Of a stretch of 64,000 bases of DNA, positions 49,817 to 62,226 are shown one piece after another. The first letter of the stretch is position 1. Each line of letters starts with the position of its first letter. The position numbers and the translations under genes are program-made. This DNA comes from Raillietiella orientalis (Eukaryota). The notes below the pieces were generated by a model, which ran no database searches, had not been told where the DNA came from, and worked only from the letters and a program-made list of their open reading frames with translations. The DNA is taken from positions 2,604,001 through 2,668,000 of the forward strand of contig JAYWIR010000024.1 in the NCBI GenBank assembly GCA_036172245.1, read 5' to 3'.

Positions 49817-51766
49817 CTGGAATCAGCAAAATGATAGAAACTTCAGAACAAGTGTGCTTTCCCACCTAATCAGTTTGTTGCTATCTACCCAATTCTCACG
49901 TCCGAGAATTTTAAGAACTGAAAACACCCACCATGAATAGCATACATCAGGCAATTTTTCAGGCCTTCCATTCAGACCACCAGAGGGCAGTTGCCTCTCA
50001 CACAACCACCAACCTAACAAATCTGAATTGATCCTATGTAACTGCCCTACATACTACATATACTTTGTAAACTTTGTAATCATACATTACCAGTGAGAGA
50101 AAGAACACCAATACAACAAAATATTTGTCCAGCATGAGTCTCAGAACCAGGTCGACACCCAAATCCACCATCAAAATTTTGACATTTCATTATAAATTCC
50201 ACTGCTTTATCCACATCAACAGCATCCAAACGCTTCTAATGAATGACTTACTTTGAGGATGTATTTGTTATTGCTACTGCATGTACTAACCAACAAAGAA
50301 AGAGTAGCTATTGCACAAAATGTGAATCTACTATCCACTTCACCCCACTTGTCACCAAAGAAACTTCCATCTTTCTGCTGCAGAGAGCTCACATATTGCA
50401 CTACTTTTTCAACATCAATGGAGGGCAATGCATCTAAGATGGCTAAAATCTAAACACAATAATACTGAGATTTGGGACAAAACATAAAAGTAAAAAATGA
50501 AAGTGAAATTGTGTCAAAAAAAAATATGACATATGCTTAATACTGATGTACAACAGTGTGCACATATGAGTAAATTAAATGGCTTAACCAAGCATTTCTA
50601 AGCACAGCACAAAGTGAGCACATCCCTTTACAAATCATACTGATAACCTTGGCTTGATAACCCTGATACAGCTTTACATCCTTCAAATGTTATCTTACTT
50701 GGCTGCAAGCCATGATTCTTACTATAGTGAAGAAATGAGTCAACACTTCATAAACTTGTTTAAAAGAATTATGAACAAGAACTAGATCTGTAAAAACACA
50801 GCAAAATACTTGTTACCTACATTCATTATTGTTACTTGTGATGCTATATGTGCATTTTTGCTTCTGTATAACAGATTCGAAGCATTTATTTAAATATTAC
50901 ATGAAATATTCACCTACTGTCACAAGCACAGCTTAGTGAACATAACTTGAGCTTGTGTTAAAGTGCCCTGGTGCTTTGTAAGTTTTCCAAAATGGTGCAT
51001 TCATTTAAAGTTGAACAATCATACAAACAATTTCCAAATATATAGGGAAGCTTATTTCACGTGGTTCAATGGAAGTAGTTCACATTTATGTTTTCACTAA
51101 CTACAGGCTGATCACCGAATTTTTTGATTTATAATGAATGTTTGGCGGATGCATCAACAAAATGTCAATATTTATGATGGACATTTCGAATCCCATCGGT
51201 CTTTCCGAATTTTTCAATACATATCTGAACATCTGGACTTTAGTGCTAGCACACTTTATGAAAAGAACTAGAGAATAACTTCGAGTTCATTAAAGCTTAT
51301 GAAATAGCAAAGTTTTATACAGAAACAAAGAACTAAAAAGCACCGTTAATGTTTAAGACTCAAAAGAAAAAATAATTCAATAAGCAAACAAAACCTGAAC
51401 TGCACTTAGTGTATACAAAATATGTGCATCATGGTCAATGCTTGCACCGATTCCACCACATTCACGTTGGCAATGCTTAACAAAACTGATAATGTCTTCA
51501 TGATTCAGGCGATCTAACTTTTCCATTATATCCAAAGATGTCAAGCACCAAAATATGCCTGACATTCGAAAGGGCTCTGTGATATAATATTCCTGAAACA
51601 TTATTTTTTTTACTGCTCAGTATGACTGAGTACCATGTGAAGGATTGAAAACACCTACGTAATCATCATCTTTCTTGTGGTTGTATGATAATATAAACTC
51701 TGTGTGCTTATCGCTCAAAATTTCTTTTGGAATATCGTCAGAAATTGTGATATCACGTAGCCGCAT
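49615..51766 (-). CDS. RABGGTB: Rab geranylgeranyltransferase (GGTase II) beta subunit, 6 coding exons, 330 aa: complement(join(49615..49816,49866..50046,50091..50235,50291..50449,51395..51592,51659..51766))
   Basis: Manual splicing at GT-AG introns (66, 945, 55, 44, 49 nt) gives a 993-nt frame from ATG to [57 protein letters not shown]...[16 protein letters not shown]...[33 protein letters not shown]...[23 protein letters not shown]...[28 protein letters not shown]...[32 protein letters not shown]...INPVFCMP. The prenyltransferase repeats and zinc ligands (D-x-C, FH) are diagnostic. Confidence 0.97.
49866..50046 (-). CDS. RABGGTB: RABGGTB coding exon 5 (181 nt)
   Basis: Acceptor tatgtag; [28 protein letters not shown]; donor gtggga. 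Confidence 0.95.
50091..50235 (-). CDS. RABGGTB: RABGGTB coding exon 4 (145 nt)
   Basis: Acceptor ttcattag; [37 protein letters not shown]...; donor gtaatg. Confidence 0.95.
50291..50449 (-). CDS. RABGGTB: RABGGTB coding exon 3 (159 nt)
   Basis: Acceptor gtgtttag; [10 protein letters not shown]...[11 protein letters not shown]...LSLL; donor gttagt. Confidence 0.95.
51395..51592 (-). CDS. RABGGTB: RABGGTB coding exon 2 (198 nt)
   Basis: Acceptor tgtttcag; [12 protein letters not shown]...YTLSAVQ; donor gttttg. Confidence 0.95.
51659..51766 (-). CDS. RABGGTB: RABGGTB coding exon 1 (108 nt)
   Basis: ATG at 51766 with an in-frame upstream TGA; ends ...GATTAC before donor gtaggt at 51658. Confidence 0.9.
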
Positions 51767-51781
51767 GTTTCATCACAATAC

Positions 51782-52780
51782 CTAATGGGAAAATATAATT
51801 AGAATAGCTCTTTCCACGTCTTCACAACAATAAAACGGGCATTACTATTTGCATATTTCCCGTTAACTATGAATGTCACTTTAAGTTAATATATAAAAAG
51901 TTTATTTACTTTTGGAATGAAGCATAAGCAACACCACCCAAGTTTTCAGGATCCTCAAGATTTGAAGGCCCAAATACACACGCACAAAAAAATATGGGGT
52001 GTACCAGTATAACTAAATCGGAAATTTTACAAACGAAAGCTGAGGGCACAAATGTCTAATCATAATAACAAATAGCAGTAAGCATTAATGGGTTAACGTA
52101 ATCATGAAGAAAATAATAAAAAGGTGTAAAAAGTGTAAAATAAGGTTACCAAATTCATTGTACTCATTAACTGTAATGGTAAAATTTGAATTTCCACGTA
52201 ATTCTCAGACCTAGGAAAAGTTCTAAAAGTTTCATAATCACATTTTTGGGAAAAAAAAATTGTGATAAATTTCTATTCTTCGAGTCGAAAACATGCAAAT
52301 ATTTTTAGGGAAAGAGATTCATTTTCATGCAAAACACGAATATCTTTTTTATTTGATCTTTTTTTGACCACCATAGAGAAACACTGAAATCGGGATAAGC
52401 ACAGGAAAAAAAAACAGGATATATGAGATATTTTGACAAAATTTTGCAAGAATTTGGATATGAAATTGCAAAAGAATTAATTTGACATCAAAAAAGACCT
52501 TCTAGGGCTAAATCATGTTAGTATCAAATGACCAATGGAGAATCCAAAAAATATCAGCAGGAATGATTGAAACTTAAATAAAAGAATCTGGGAATGAATG
52601 CTAAGTTTGCATTCTAGAATTTTGGAAAAAAAAAATCTGGTTTTTCAATTAAAAAATTCCGTTTTTGCTTGATTGAGTTAATAAATACTTATTATAATAC
52701 AAAGGTGATTTTGCAATTCTTAACACATTAATTACGAGGATTTTGAGTTGCTGTTTCAAGAAAAGTAAGAGGTTACTTAC
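51782..52780 (-). other. Probable 5' UTR intron of RABGGTB
   Basis: Acceptor ttttcccattag ends 15 nt before the ATG; a consensus donor gtaagt is at 52780. The pairing of the two is inferred. Confidence 0.45.
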
Positions 52781-54246
52781 TAGCGAATCGTTTCTGAAGA
52801 GCAATCAGAAAGTTTGAAGAGTGGTGGAAGAGAACTGAGAAATTAGTCAGAAACTTCAAAGTGGAGTTGTGAGTCGTAATCTGAAGTACTGCTAGAGTTC
52901 AATGCACATCACAGAGTATAGGGTTCTGCTGTGATTAATCTTGAAAGAAGAAATTAGAGATGGAAAACTCACACTGACTTGAGGGATGGCAATGATGTTT
53001 TAAATAATAGTTACAAAATTTATGAAAAACTCGACACTGGTTCTCAGTAACGAACTCATCAGAGTGATTTGCTTTTATTGTCATGAACAGTTTTTGATGT
53101 TTCACTTTTACATTCGTGGCTGTATGAAGCCAAAAATTCGAGTCGAAGAAAAGGCGTCATATTCAAAAAAAAAAAAAAGAAGTGATTTGTTGTAGTTTTG
53201 TCGGAAATTTTCGAAACAATAATGCAATTCTCCGTCCTGAGAATCTCTCCCTTCTGAGCAATCTAGAACTGATAGGACAATATTAGAAAGTTTTATGCAA
53301 ATGCAACAAAACTAAATATGCCACCAGCTTACATGCTTATTCGCTTGTACAGTTGATGATTATTTTCTCAGTGGAAGTATGATTTTCAAAGGAAGAATAC
53401 ATCATAAAGATTACCAATGGCCGATGAATGCCAGAGCCCAATGACTGCTTACAAAATGAAGAGCGCTGCTTTGTGGAGATCCTGGTACTGCTTTAATGCA
53501 TGAAATTGGTTTCTAAAATGTATGTGCTTATTACTATTGAAAAGGAAGAAAATTAACAAATAATGCTTTAGATGCTTACCATGAATGGTTTCCCTTAATA
53601 GCAAAAGCAATTCTTGGAACGCAAGGTTAAGATTTTATGAATGAATGCTTTATAGTCACCAACGAAAATAAATGGATAACTCTACGAAACTATGTCTGAA
53701 GCACTAGTTACACATACATGCAGAACTAAGAAGAAGATACGGAAAACATGCATACTTAATAAACGAATCCTGAAAATCTCATATTGACTCCATTGTTTCT
53801 GCTATGGGCAATTTTGTTTGCAACTTCCAACCATCTAAGGGAAACGTAGGAGATGACCGGAGAATTGCGCTGTTCTGAATGAAAGAAACTGATTTCTGTT
53901 TGAGGAAGAATTTAAGAAGAAGCTTGAGGTCACAATAGGTAAGGAGAACTCTTGGAATAACGTCAGAGGATAGATCAGGAGTTTTGAACCCAAGTTTTTT
54001 TCGAAGAGTAGAGCGACCTCTGTTGCGACAGATGGTCTCGTTTCATCTGAGATGACGGGACAAGCAGGCAGAGAGAAACATGCCGAAGTAACGCAGCACC
54101 GCTTGCTCTGCATCACTGGAAATTGAATTTTCGTCGCTGCGATCGGTATCGGAGCTTGCGTCATTAGCCTCAAGTTTCGGAAGAGAAAATGTCCGGAGTG
54201 CCCTCTGACGATTCCCAATCTTAATGACCGAGCCTCCTCGTGCAAC

Positions 54247-54373
54247 CTGTGCATGGCCAGGAGCTACTCGCTCTCCACCTTCTTTTTGGGAGTGTGGTAC
54301 TGCCTCTCTGCCTGCAGCTATTCCGCTTGCTCTGTCTCGTCCTTTTGCTCCGTGAGGAGCAGCTTCGACTGTG
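54247..54373 (-). pseudogene. Orphan exon-like segment encoding a coiled-coil-like peptide with two in-frame TAG
   Basis: ctcctccag acceptor, AG|gttgca donor; QSKLLLTEQKDETEQAE*LQAERQYHTPKKKVESE*LLAMH; GC3-rich island in AT-rich surroundings. Protein not recognised. Confidence 0.4.
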
Positions 54374-55440
54374 CTGGAGGAGCTAAAAGTTGGGATGCAT
54401 CGAAGGATCCCAAGTTGGACTGTTTGTTGCAAGCGAAGAGATGTGTAAATCAAAATCTGAAGAACAGTTGTGGGGCGAATCAAAAGAAACTCTTTTTGAG
54501 TCCAGAAAATCTCAGTGCAGACAATGCAATGTGCTGTTATGAGTTACTTTAAAGAATCATTCGGAACGAAACAAATCATTATCATGAACAGTTTGAAGCG
54601 TTGCTCCTTCTTTCACTGGAAAGCGATTCCCCGTTGGCTGTGCGTTGGAATGCAAGCATTTCTCCGTTCCACAAAAGTATGAATTTGATTGTGGAATTCT
54701 GTGCTCGTGATTTGACACATCATTGCCTACCGGAACGATTTTCGAATTTCAAAAGAGGCTTAGCTTTGTGGTAGGAATGCATTCTTTCACATGAGGTGCT
54801 GTGCATAACCCTGAATTTGTGTATGCTTCCGGGCAGCAGGCATTCTTAGGAACAGCGAAGTGAGGAGACGAAATGGAACGCTCAGCTCCTAGCAACAGAA
54901 AGACGCAATTTCGGGAGTTATCAGATTTTTTTTTTTTTTGCCTAAATTTCTTCAGCCCGTCGAGAAACGAACAGATGGAAGGCCGACTGATGAACGGAAA
55001 CTTGAGGAGAGCTGCTGATTATCCTTCGGGAGAGAACGGACCATGATAGACAAGGGTAGGGCATCCTCCGATCAATTCTGAGCACTCAGTTTCAGAAATT
55101 TCGATTCTGATACCACAATAGGAAAACTCGTTTCAAGGAGGCAACTCAACGAGCACTAGTAAAATAGGAGTACCTCAATTTGGGGACTGAAAGTGATCTT
55201 TTCTCCTTGTGGAACAGGAAGCTGGTAAGATGTAGCGATGCAGATGGAATGAACTTTGCAACAAAGGCGCGAATTATATGTATATACGTATATATGTGAA
55301 GTATAACGACGTAGGAAAAGAATATGCTGAGCACCGGAGAATAGGAAGGCGCTGCTGCTCCATACCAAAGAAAGTGGCGGCTGTCAGCTTGATTCTCGGT
55401 GGCACTCACGCAGAGAAGAGTTTTAAGAACGACATGCCAT

Positions 55441-55945
55441 CATGAAACCCACCGCGCGATCCCTCTCCTTCGTAGTGAGCCACGGGCAAGAAACCTCAAG
55501 AAAGTGAACCTGCTTTGCCTCTAGAGAATCAAAGTCCTCTGTAATCTGGAAATCTGACCATCCGGAGATAAGTGGATACACGAGACAGCAATGTAAGAAG
55601 TTTCCATAAATGTGGCGTTAATGTATGTTCATCGAGCTGTTCATTAAGCGGTGGAGGAGCACTTCCCTCCGATTGCAGTAAAAAGCCATGACGAGCTCGC
55701 GGAGCCAATCGAAATCTTCTCAAGTATTTCCTCTTCCCACATGGAGGCTTCGGACGAAAGACTTTAAGACCTGCTTCGGTGCTTCCCTCGGAATCACGAG
55801 TTTGGCTTCGTTTTCCCCTCGTCGGCAACCAAAGATCCGTCTGGTGGGAACCGTGCTACCACGAAGCCCATCGAGCGAGCGATCTCCTTCGTAGTGAGTC
55901 ATGGGCAAGAAAGCTCTTGAGAGTAAACAAGAAACCCTGCTTATT
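55441..55945 (+). repeat. Degenerate direct repeat of about 75 bp (55441-55515 and about 55860-55945)
   Basis: Shared core tctccttcgtagtgag(c/t)ca(c/t)gggcaagaaa. Confidence 0.7.
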
Positions 55946-57930
55946 TTGATCCACTGGCATTCCAATGAGCCTAGATTCGGTGACACTTCACTCTACTGAC
56001 CTCTTTTCAGCATTGGCATTCTGCCCCACGTTGATTACTTTCATGCTTCTGGCTTGTGATCTTCACACGACGCCCTCGGAGTTTTCCACGAGGCGCTCAT
56101 AATCATTCTCAGGTTGCTTCACCTTTAGTGACTCTGACAGCCAGGAAGTAAGGTAAAAGCGTTTTCCGACTAACAAGGAAAGCACTCAGAAGTTGTGAAC
56201 GCTGTGATTAACAAGAGAAAGTCACAAATGATGCTGTGGGCCACAGACGCGAGCATCCTCTCTCATATTCTAATGAAACCAGATTTCGTTCCTGGGAAAC
56301 GGGGATCCTGCCTGCACCTTCAGTCATTCAAAAAACGGGGAAACATTCTCGTCTCAGGACGACCAATCTGGTGGTTTCAAGCTCAACCCGAATGACTCGA
56401 CACTCCTGGATTCGAAGTTGGTTTGTGGAGCCAGGGATGATGAAAGGAAAAAAGCCCTCCAATCCAACAGTTCCTTACAGAAAGAATTTTTTAAAGTTTG
56501 AACGACGAGCGGTTTTAGGATAGCTGAATTCTTCATATATCTTCGAATTTATCCCCTGCGTGGGTGCAGCTTGAGGAATGGTATGTTTTCAAACCGTCTA
56601 ACCTTTCTAAGTGGTTGGAGAGAGTGAAGATATCCTGTGCATTCCATCCTCAAAATCGCTGACTCTGCATTCAGACTCATGTCTTGAAGATTTATTTGTA
56701 GGATATAATGAAGCTTCATTTGCCATTTATAGGTTGGTACCTTTACTTTAATGCATAGGACATTAATCCTATGAGCTTCTGTCTGAGAGCAGTTCCTAAT
56801 CAAATGGTGACAGCTGAAGAAATTTTGTTGTTTTTTGGGGAAACAGCAGCACGATGCGAACACTGAAATACAAGATGGTCAGCAGGCCAAATCAGTGACG
56901 AACTATTCGTTGAACGAATGGCAACCGTCTGATTTGATGAACGTGTTGTTCATGAGATTTGTGAGAATTTTACGGCAAGCACACAAAAGGGCGTGTCACT
57001 TTACTTGTTCTCCTTTACCGTTCATGGAAGTATATTAAGACTAAAAATATCTTGAATGACCAGTCGCTCTTCAGGTAGTAATACGTAAAAACCGCCGAGT
57101 TTGGTATCTGAAAAGCCGTTTTTTTAATAACAGGAAGGAAAGGATTCCATATGAAGGGATTCCTGTTTCTGCACCACTGATTCCCTATTACTGATTTTTT
57201 TCGCTTTGACCATTGACTCTTTCAATAAAGATGGCTTTCCCATGACCGACTGCCTATCTTAGTAGCAAGGAACATATCAATCTCTTTTGGTCACACACGT
57301 TTGAAGGCCATCGAACTGCATCCTTCCGTCAAAACTGAGAGTAAATGCCCTCTGGAGGGAAATGCTATCAGCTGAAAGATAATCATCCCTCTAAGCACAC
57401 AGCGGTGAGCTTTCCTCATCTCAACCTTTAGTCTGTCGTGCTATCCTTAATCGAGTAAAAGGGAACAGGTCAGGTTTTCCCGTTTGTTCGGGATTTCCAT
57501 TGTGTAAGGTGCCTCTAGGAATGATGGGCATACCGGTGACGCGCGCATTCTTCTATCAAGTGGCAAATTTCGGGACATTCAATTCTATTCGATTCAACCT
57601 GCTGGATGTTTTCTTCTCCTCTGTTTCCAAGTTTCCACATGCGCACGGTTACACGGAGAACTCTCCTGGTGCTTCGAATAACTGGGAATGAAGTTTTACG
57701 ACCGACTTGTGACGACGTGAGTCTACGCTGTTATCTGCTATTTGTCAGAAGCGTGTTCTCGGTTTGCGTCGACGGGCATCCTCTCGACCTTCAGTTTCCT
57801 TTTCAATGCTGCAAGAAGCTTGTGTTTTAATGAAGCCATGTCTCGAGAAAGGGGATTTTTTTTTTTTTTGTTCCAGTTTTGCCGGAATCACCTCTAAGTC
57901 TGACAGTCAAGCATGTAATCATGATGTGAC

Positions 57931-58230
57931 TGCAATGAGGATGTCAACAAACGGAACGAAAGTCCAAACAGAAAAGTGTACTGACTGAGATCAAAGACGT
58001 GAGCGACGGCATGGTGCCAGCAGAGACGTCTCTGTTTACGAGACGACCAAAGCAGCTCTGATGAGACCTCAAGGGAGCACAGGGGATGGCCCTGGGAATT
58101 CCAAACGAAGACGCTGCCTCCGAAATTCTGATGCAAACGGATATCACTTAGAGATGGTGAATTCGGTAGGGAAGGTTATGATTCCAGTGGGAGTGACGGA
58201 CGAAGCATATGTGCACAAGAGTAGTCTTAT
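57931..58230 (+). repeat. About 300-bp dispersed direct repeat, copy 1
   Basis: Near-identical to 61929-62226; few differences in the first 230 bp, more in the last 70 bp. Confidence 0.92.
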
Positions 58231-60745
58231 GCATTTTTCAATTTCGTGGATGTTCTCTCCTCTGAGTGCAGCTGTATGGACCTCAGTTTTGGGCTAGGAA
58301 GAAACACTTGTAGAAACCGAAAGTGCTGAAGGCGGGTCTGATCCCAAGACTTTGCAGAGTGCAAGACAGGGACTCGTAAAAATGCTTTTCGGCTAGCTTC
58401 CAGGTTGGTCTGCACAATATCCGTATCTCGAGCAATCAACGGAGACTGAGTGTGAAATAAGCTTCCTGCAGCATCAGCGACTTCCAAAATCGAGGTGCAT
58501 TAACGTGTTTCTTGCGAACCTGAGGGAGCATCTGCCCTTGTTCAGTAATGCACGACGTTCATGCTGCCTGCGTATCAATGTGTGGTTACTTCAGACGGAA
58601 GCTGCATGGGAAGGAACCCTGAGATTGCAATTCGTTAGACGCCGGACTTGGACGTGTCCGCGTGATTGTATTTTATGTGCGATGCAGTCATGTCTGCAAA
58701 CTTCCAAGTTGAGCATGGATGGATTCTAAAGCATTGTGTGCTGCTTTGTATGTCCAGTGTGCATACCTTCACGAGTATAGCTCCGATGGAAGCCTATTGT
58801 GTCTATCAAGTCTATACTGAAGAAATATTCTGATGTGACTGAAAATTCTCTTTTGGAAGCTCACGGAGTTTTTGATTCGAATACAGAGTGAGTGACTGGG
58901 AACGAAGTCCTTCCTGATTTATTAAATGTTGTGAGCACTGTGTCCTCACATCCGTGGCATCTGTTATCGAGATAGGAGAAAAAAAAAAAAAAAACATCAG
59001 CGTTTTAGCACGAGAGGAAGCAAGAAATGCATGCGAGTGGAAGCTGATTGGTGCGATCCCAAGATTCTCACATTCATTTAGAGTTCTTCTTCGGGTGAGA
59101 GCACCCTTTTCATAAACATAAGCAGTTTACTTCAAACATTGGAAGAAGAGTTTGAAACATTTCGTGAGAAAGAATCTCATGAACCTTGCATGGTCTTCTT
59201 CTATGAAATGGAAAACCAAATGCAGGCGAAAATGGGCTATTATGAAATTAGATTTGAAGCCAATCCTCGAGTGAAGATCTTTCGATTTACAGCGCGGCCT
59301 CCACTCTTTTTTTTTTTCTTTTTCTTTTTTGGCAGCTATAAATGCATTGTACGAGGATGTACAACTACATTTCTTGTTTCGATTTGATTCTCGTCTCCTT
59401 GTCTGGAGAATCCTTTTATTCCTGTGCAGAATTTCGACCTTCAGGCTTTTCTCACATGCTCGATTTCTTCAGACTCTCACAAACACCAGCCTGAAAAATG
59501 AATAAGTCCATGAGACCGTGAGCATGCATGGATGGGAAAATAATAAAAAGTTGGCAACGAAAGGGATGAACAAAACCTCGTTTGCTATCTCTCCGAAATC
59601 CAAGACGTCAGAACATAAATCTTCCAAAGGCACCTAACGAAAACGCTTCCATGTTTCGGTTTGAAACCGTTCTATTAAACGGCCTCACAGGGATGCCAGC
59701 TTCCATCCAACGGACGTATCGACGTTAATGCACACACGCTCATGCACAACTGGGAATATTTTGCGCAGCATCCCGGGGAACGATACGAGACCGAAAGTTT
59801 CAGGCAAACTGAACAGAATGCTTGCACGCTTCTTATCAAGGTAGGGAATATAACAAGTTGTCATCCACTCAAGTTAAGGATATCCTAGTAATTTGAGCTT
59901 ACGGCACTGATGGATGGAGGCGATTTGGGAAGGAGATGTACCAAAGTGGTAATGCCGAATCGAGAGACCAATATGTTTCGAATAACACTTTTAGCCCCAG
60001 ATCTTGAGAATGACTCCTCAGAAATCGCCTGAAATCACAGCCTACTCTGGAAAATGATGGTTCCAGAAGAATGTGTGTGTGTGCGTTTTTAACATCATGG
60101 CAAGCCCCTTTCTGTAATTCAAGGAGGAGAAGATCCCTTTTTTTAGAAATGCATCAATTTTCAGTACGGTGAACCTCGTTCGAATCGACATTTAGGAAGT
60201 TTCTGGAAAGCAAACAAGGATATGTTCATCCTTGAAATGAAAGGTCACGTGAATGCCAACTCAGAAAGAGAAAGGATTTTTTTTTTTTGCCAAATGCGAT
60301 AGCAGATCAGTTGCTTAATCATGAAGAGGAAGTATTAAGTATTAATCTGGGAGGAATTTTCAATTCATATGTAGAGATACAGTAACTGTATAATAGACGA
60401 CGAAGCTTACAGAAAGGTAGTTCCATTCATGATTTCAACAAGGAAAAGTGGGTCTGTAAGCTTCAAAATTCTGTATACTTAAAGTGGATTTTCAAGTACC
60501 CATTACTGCTCCGTTTGATAATTTAAAGAGAGCTCAGACTGAGAGCATTATTTCTAGATATGTAAAAGCATGATAGTTTAGGATGCATATAGTAATGAGC
60601 TTTCGAGGTTACATTTTGTGCATATGATTTTTCCTAATGGATCGACCGTTAGGAGAAGAGCTGACTGTTGTAACAAAGGAATGACTGAAGGATTTAAAAC
60701 TCATCTTTAGCAGTTGGGTATCTTCTCAACAGATCTGAAATGTCC

Positions 60746-61074
60746 AAAGAACGACTCCGAGAAATGAGCGAGTCGTAAGTTTGCGAGTTCATCCTGGCAG
60801 GATGACGCTGGTTGGCCTATTCGGATGCTGCACTGCTGGAAACTGGCCGGGACTGGAAGTTGACCCTCCCGGGTCCCTTCCAGGAATCAACCCTCTATCG
60901 AGCGCCATGGGGCTGGCTGGTTGATCCCTCTCCAGGGTGTCAAGAAACCCCCACACCCTTCGAGGTTTTCTCCAAAGGGGGAAACAAAGAGAGGATCTTT
61001 TCCGGTTCCCTTCGGGAGAGAAATGAAAAGTGGTGGTCCCCCCTCCGGGAGGTCCCTCCAGAGAGAGAATAAGG
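60746..61074 (+). mobile_element. Internal fragment of the same SINE family, copy 4
   Basis: Closely matches about 63592-63920 of copy 5; head missing. Confidence 0.7.
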
Positions 61075-61928
61075 AATAATCCTGGAATACGTCGTTTCTT
61101 ATTGTGGAATATTCAGCCTCCCTCGTTGGCTATGTCTTTGAAATCGTGGTTCATCGCTACCTTCTCCAGTGGGTAGCTCTGTTTGAGGAGAACACGGCCA
61201 GTTTCGTCGAGGAGACTTCGAAACACCGCTATCGAAAGTTCACTTGGTCGTATGTCGTAGACGAGGGATGAAGAGACAAATAGAATAACAAAAGAAAGAA
61301 GAAAACGCTCAGCATCGATCAGAATGCCATTTTTCACTTTTTTATCCTGGTCAACTGAACAGAATCCAAGCGTCTTTTGGTGACTCTAAGAATGAGGGGA
61401 AAGAAATCCCAAAGAGTAAGAAATCCGAAATTTTTGGGATTTCTCACTCTTAAGGTTCCATCTCAGCTAGATTTTTTTAAAGGAGTGCATATTATACAAA
61501 ATTACGTTGATTGCAGTGATCTCAACTTTAAAAGTGTGCTGTGGTAACTGTAAGGATTATACCTGAGAAGAAACCCATCCGTCATTGATAATCTTGAAAT
61601 CCTCTGGGATAATGATGTGTTGCTGCCACAATAAGTTATTTCCCATCCAAGGACTCAACTGATCCAAGAAGGGTATGAAATCGTGAAATCTTTCTTGCTG
61701 AAATGGAGGCGATGCGTAAGATTACCCGTCTGCACTTCCTGGACAACAAACATTCGTAGGAGAGTCCAGAGGGTGCGTAATCGTTGACTCAAGGGATAGC
61801 GTCATTGATTGTCTATTAGCAATCGATTGGAGTACAAGCAAAGTGCATCTGCGAGTTCTCCACCTTCATTTCACTGGAAGCATTCAACTGAACAAACTCA
61901 CTGACCATCAGTCAGTGGTCCATAGCTG

Positions 61929-62226
61929 TGCAATGAGGATGCCAACAAACGGAACGAAAGTCCAAACAGAAAAGTGTACTGACTGAGATCAAAGACGTGA
62001 GCGACGGCATGGTGCCAGCAGAGACGTCTCTGTTTATGAGACGACCAAAGCAGCTCTGATGAGACCTCAAGGGAGCACAGGGGATGGCCCTGGGAATTCC
62101 AAACGAAGATGCTGCCTCCGAAATTCTGATGCAAATGGATATCACTTAAAGATGGTGAATTCAGTAGGGATGGCTATGATTCCAGAGGGAATGGCGGATG
62201 AAATATGTGCACACGAGTAGCCTTAT
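61929..62226 (+). repeat. About 300-bp dispersed direct repeat, copy 2
   Basis: Near-identical to 57931-58230. Confidence 0.92.

Noticed and set aside
58058..58110. CTGATGA as a hammerhead ribozyme core
   Set aside because: No stem II closing onto GAAA and no compatible cleavage triplet with stems I and III.
57931..62226. Direct repeats as LTRs of a 4.3-kb retrotransposon
   Set aside because: No shared CA end, no TSD, no primer-binding site and no gag/pol relic seen between them.
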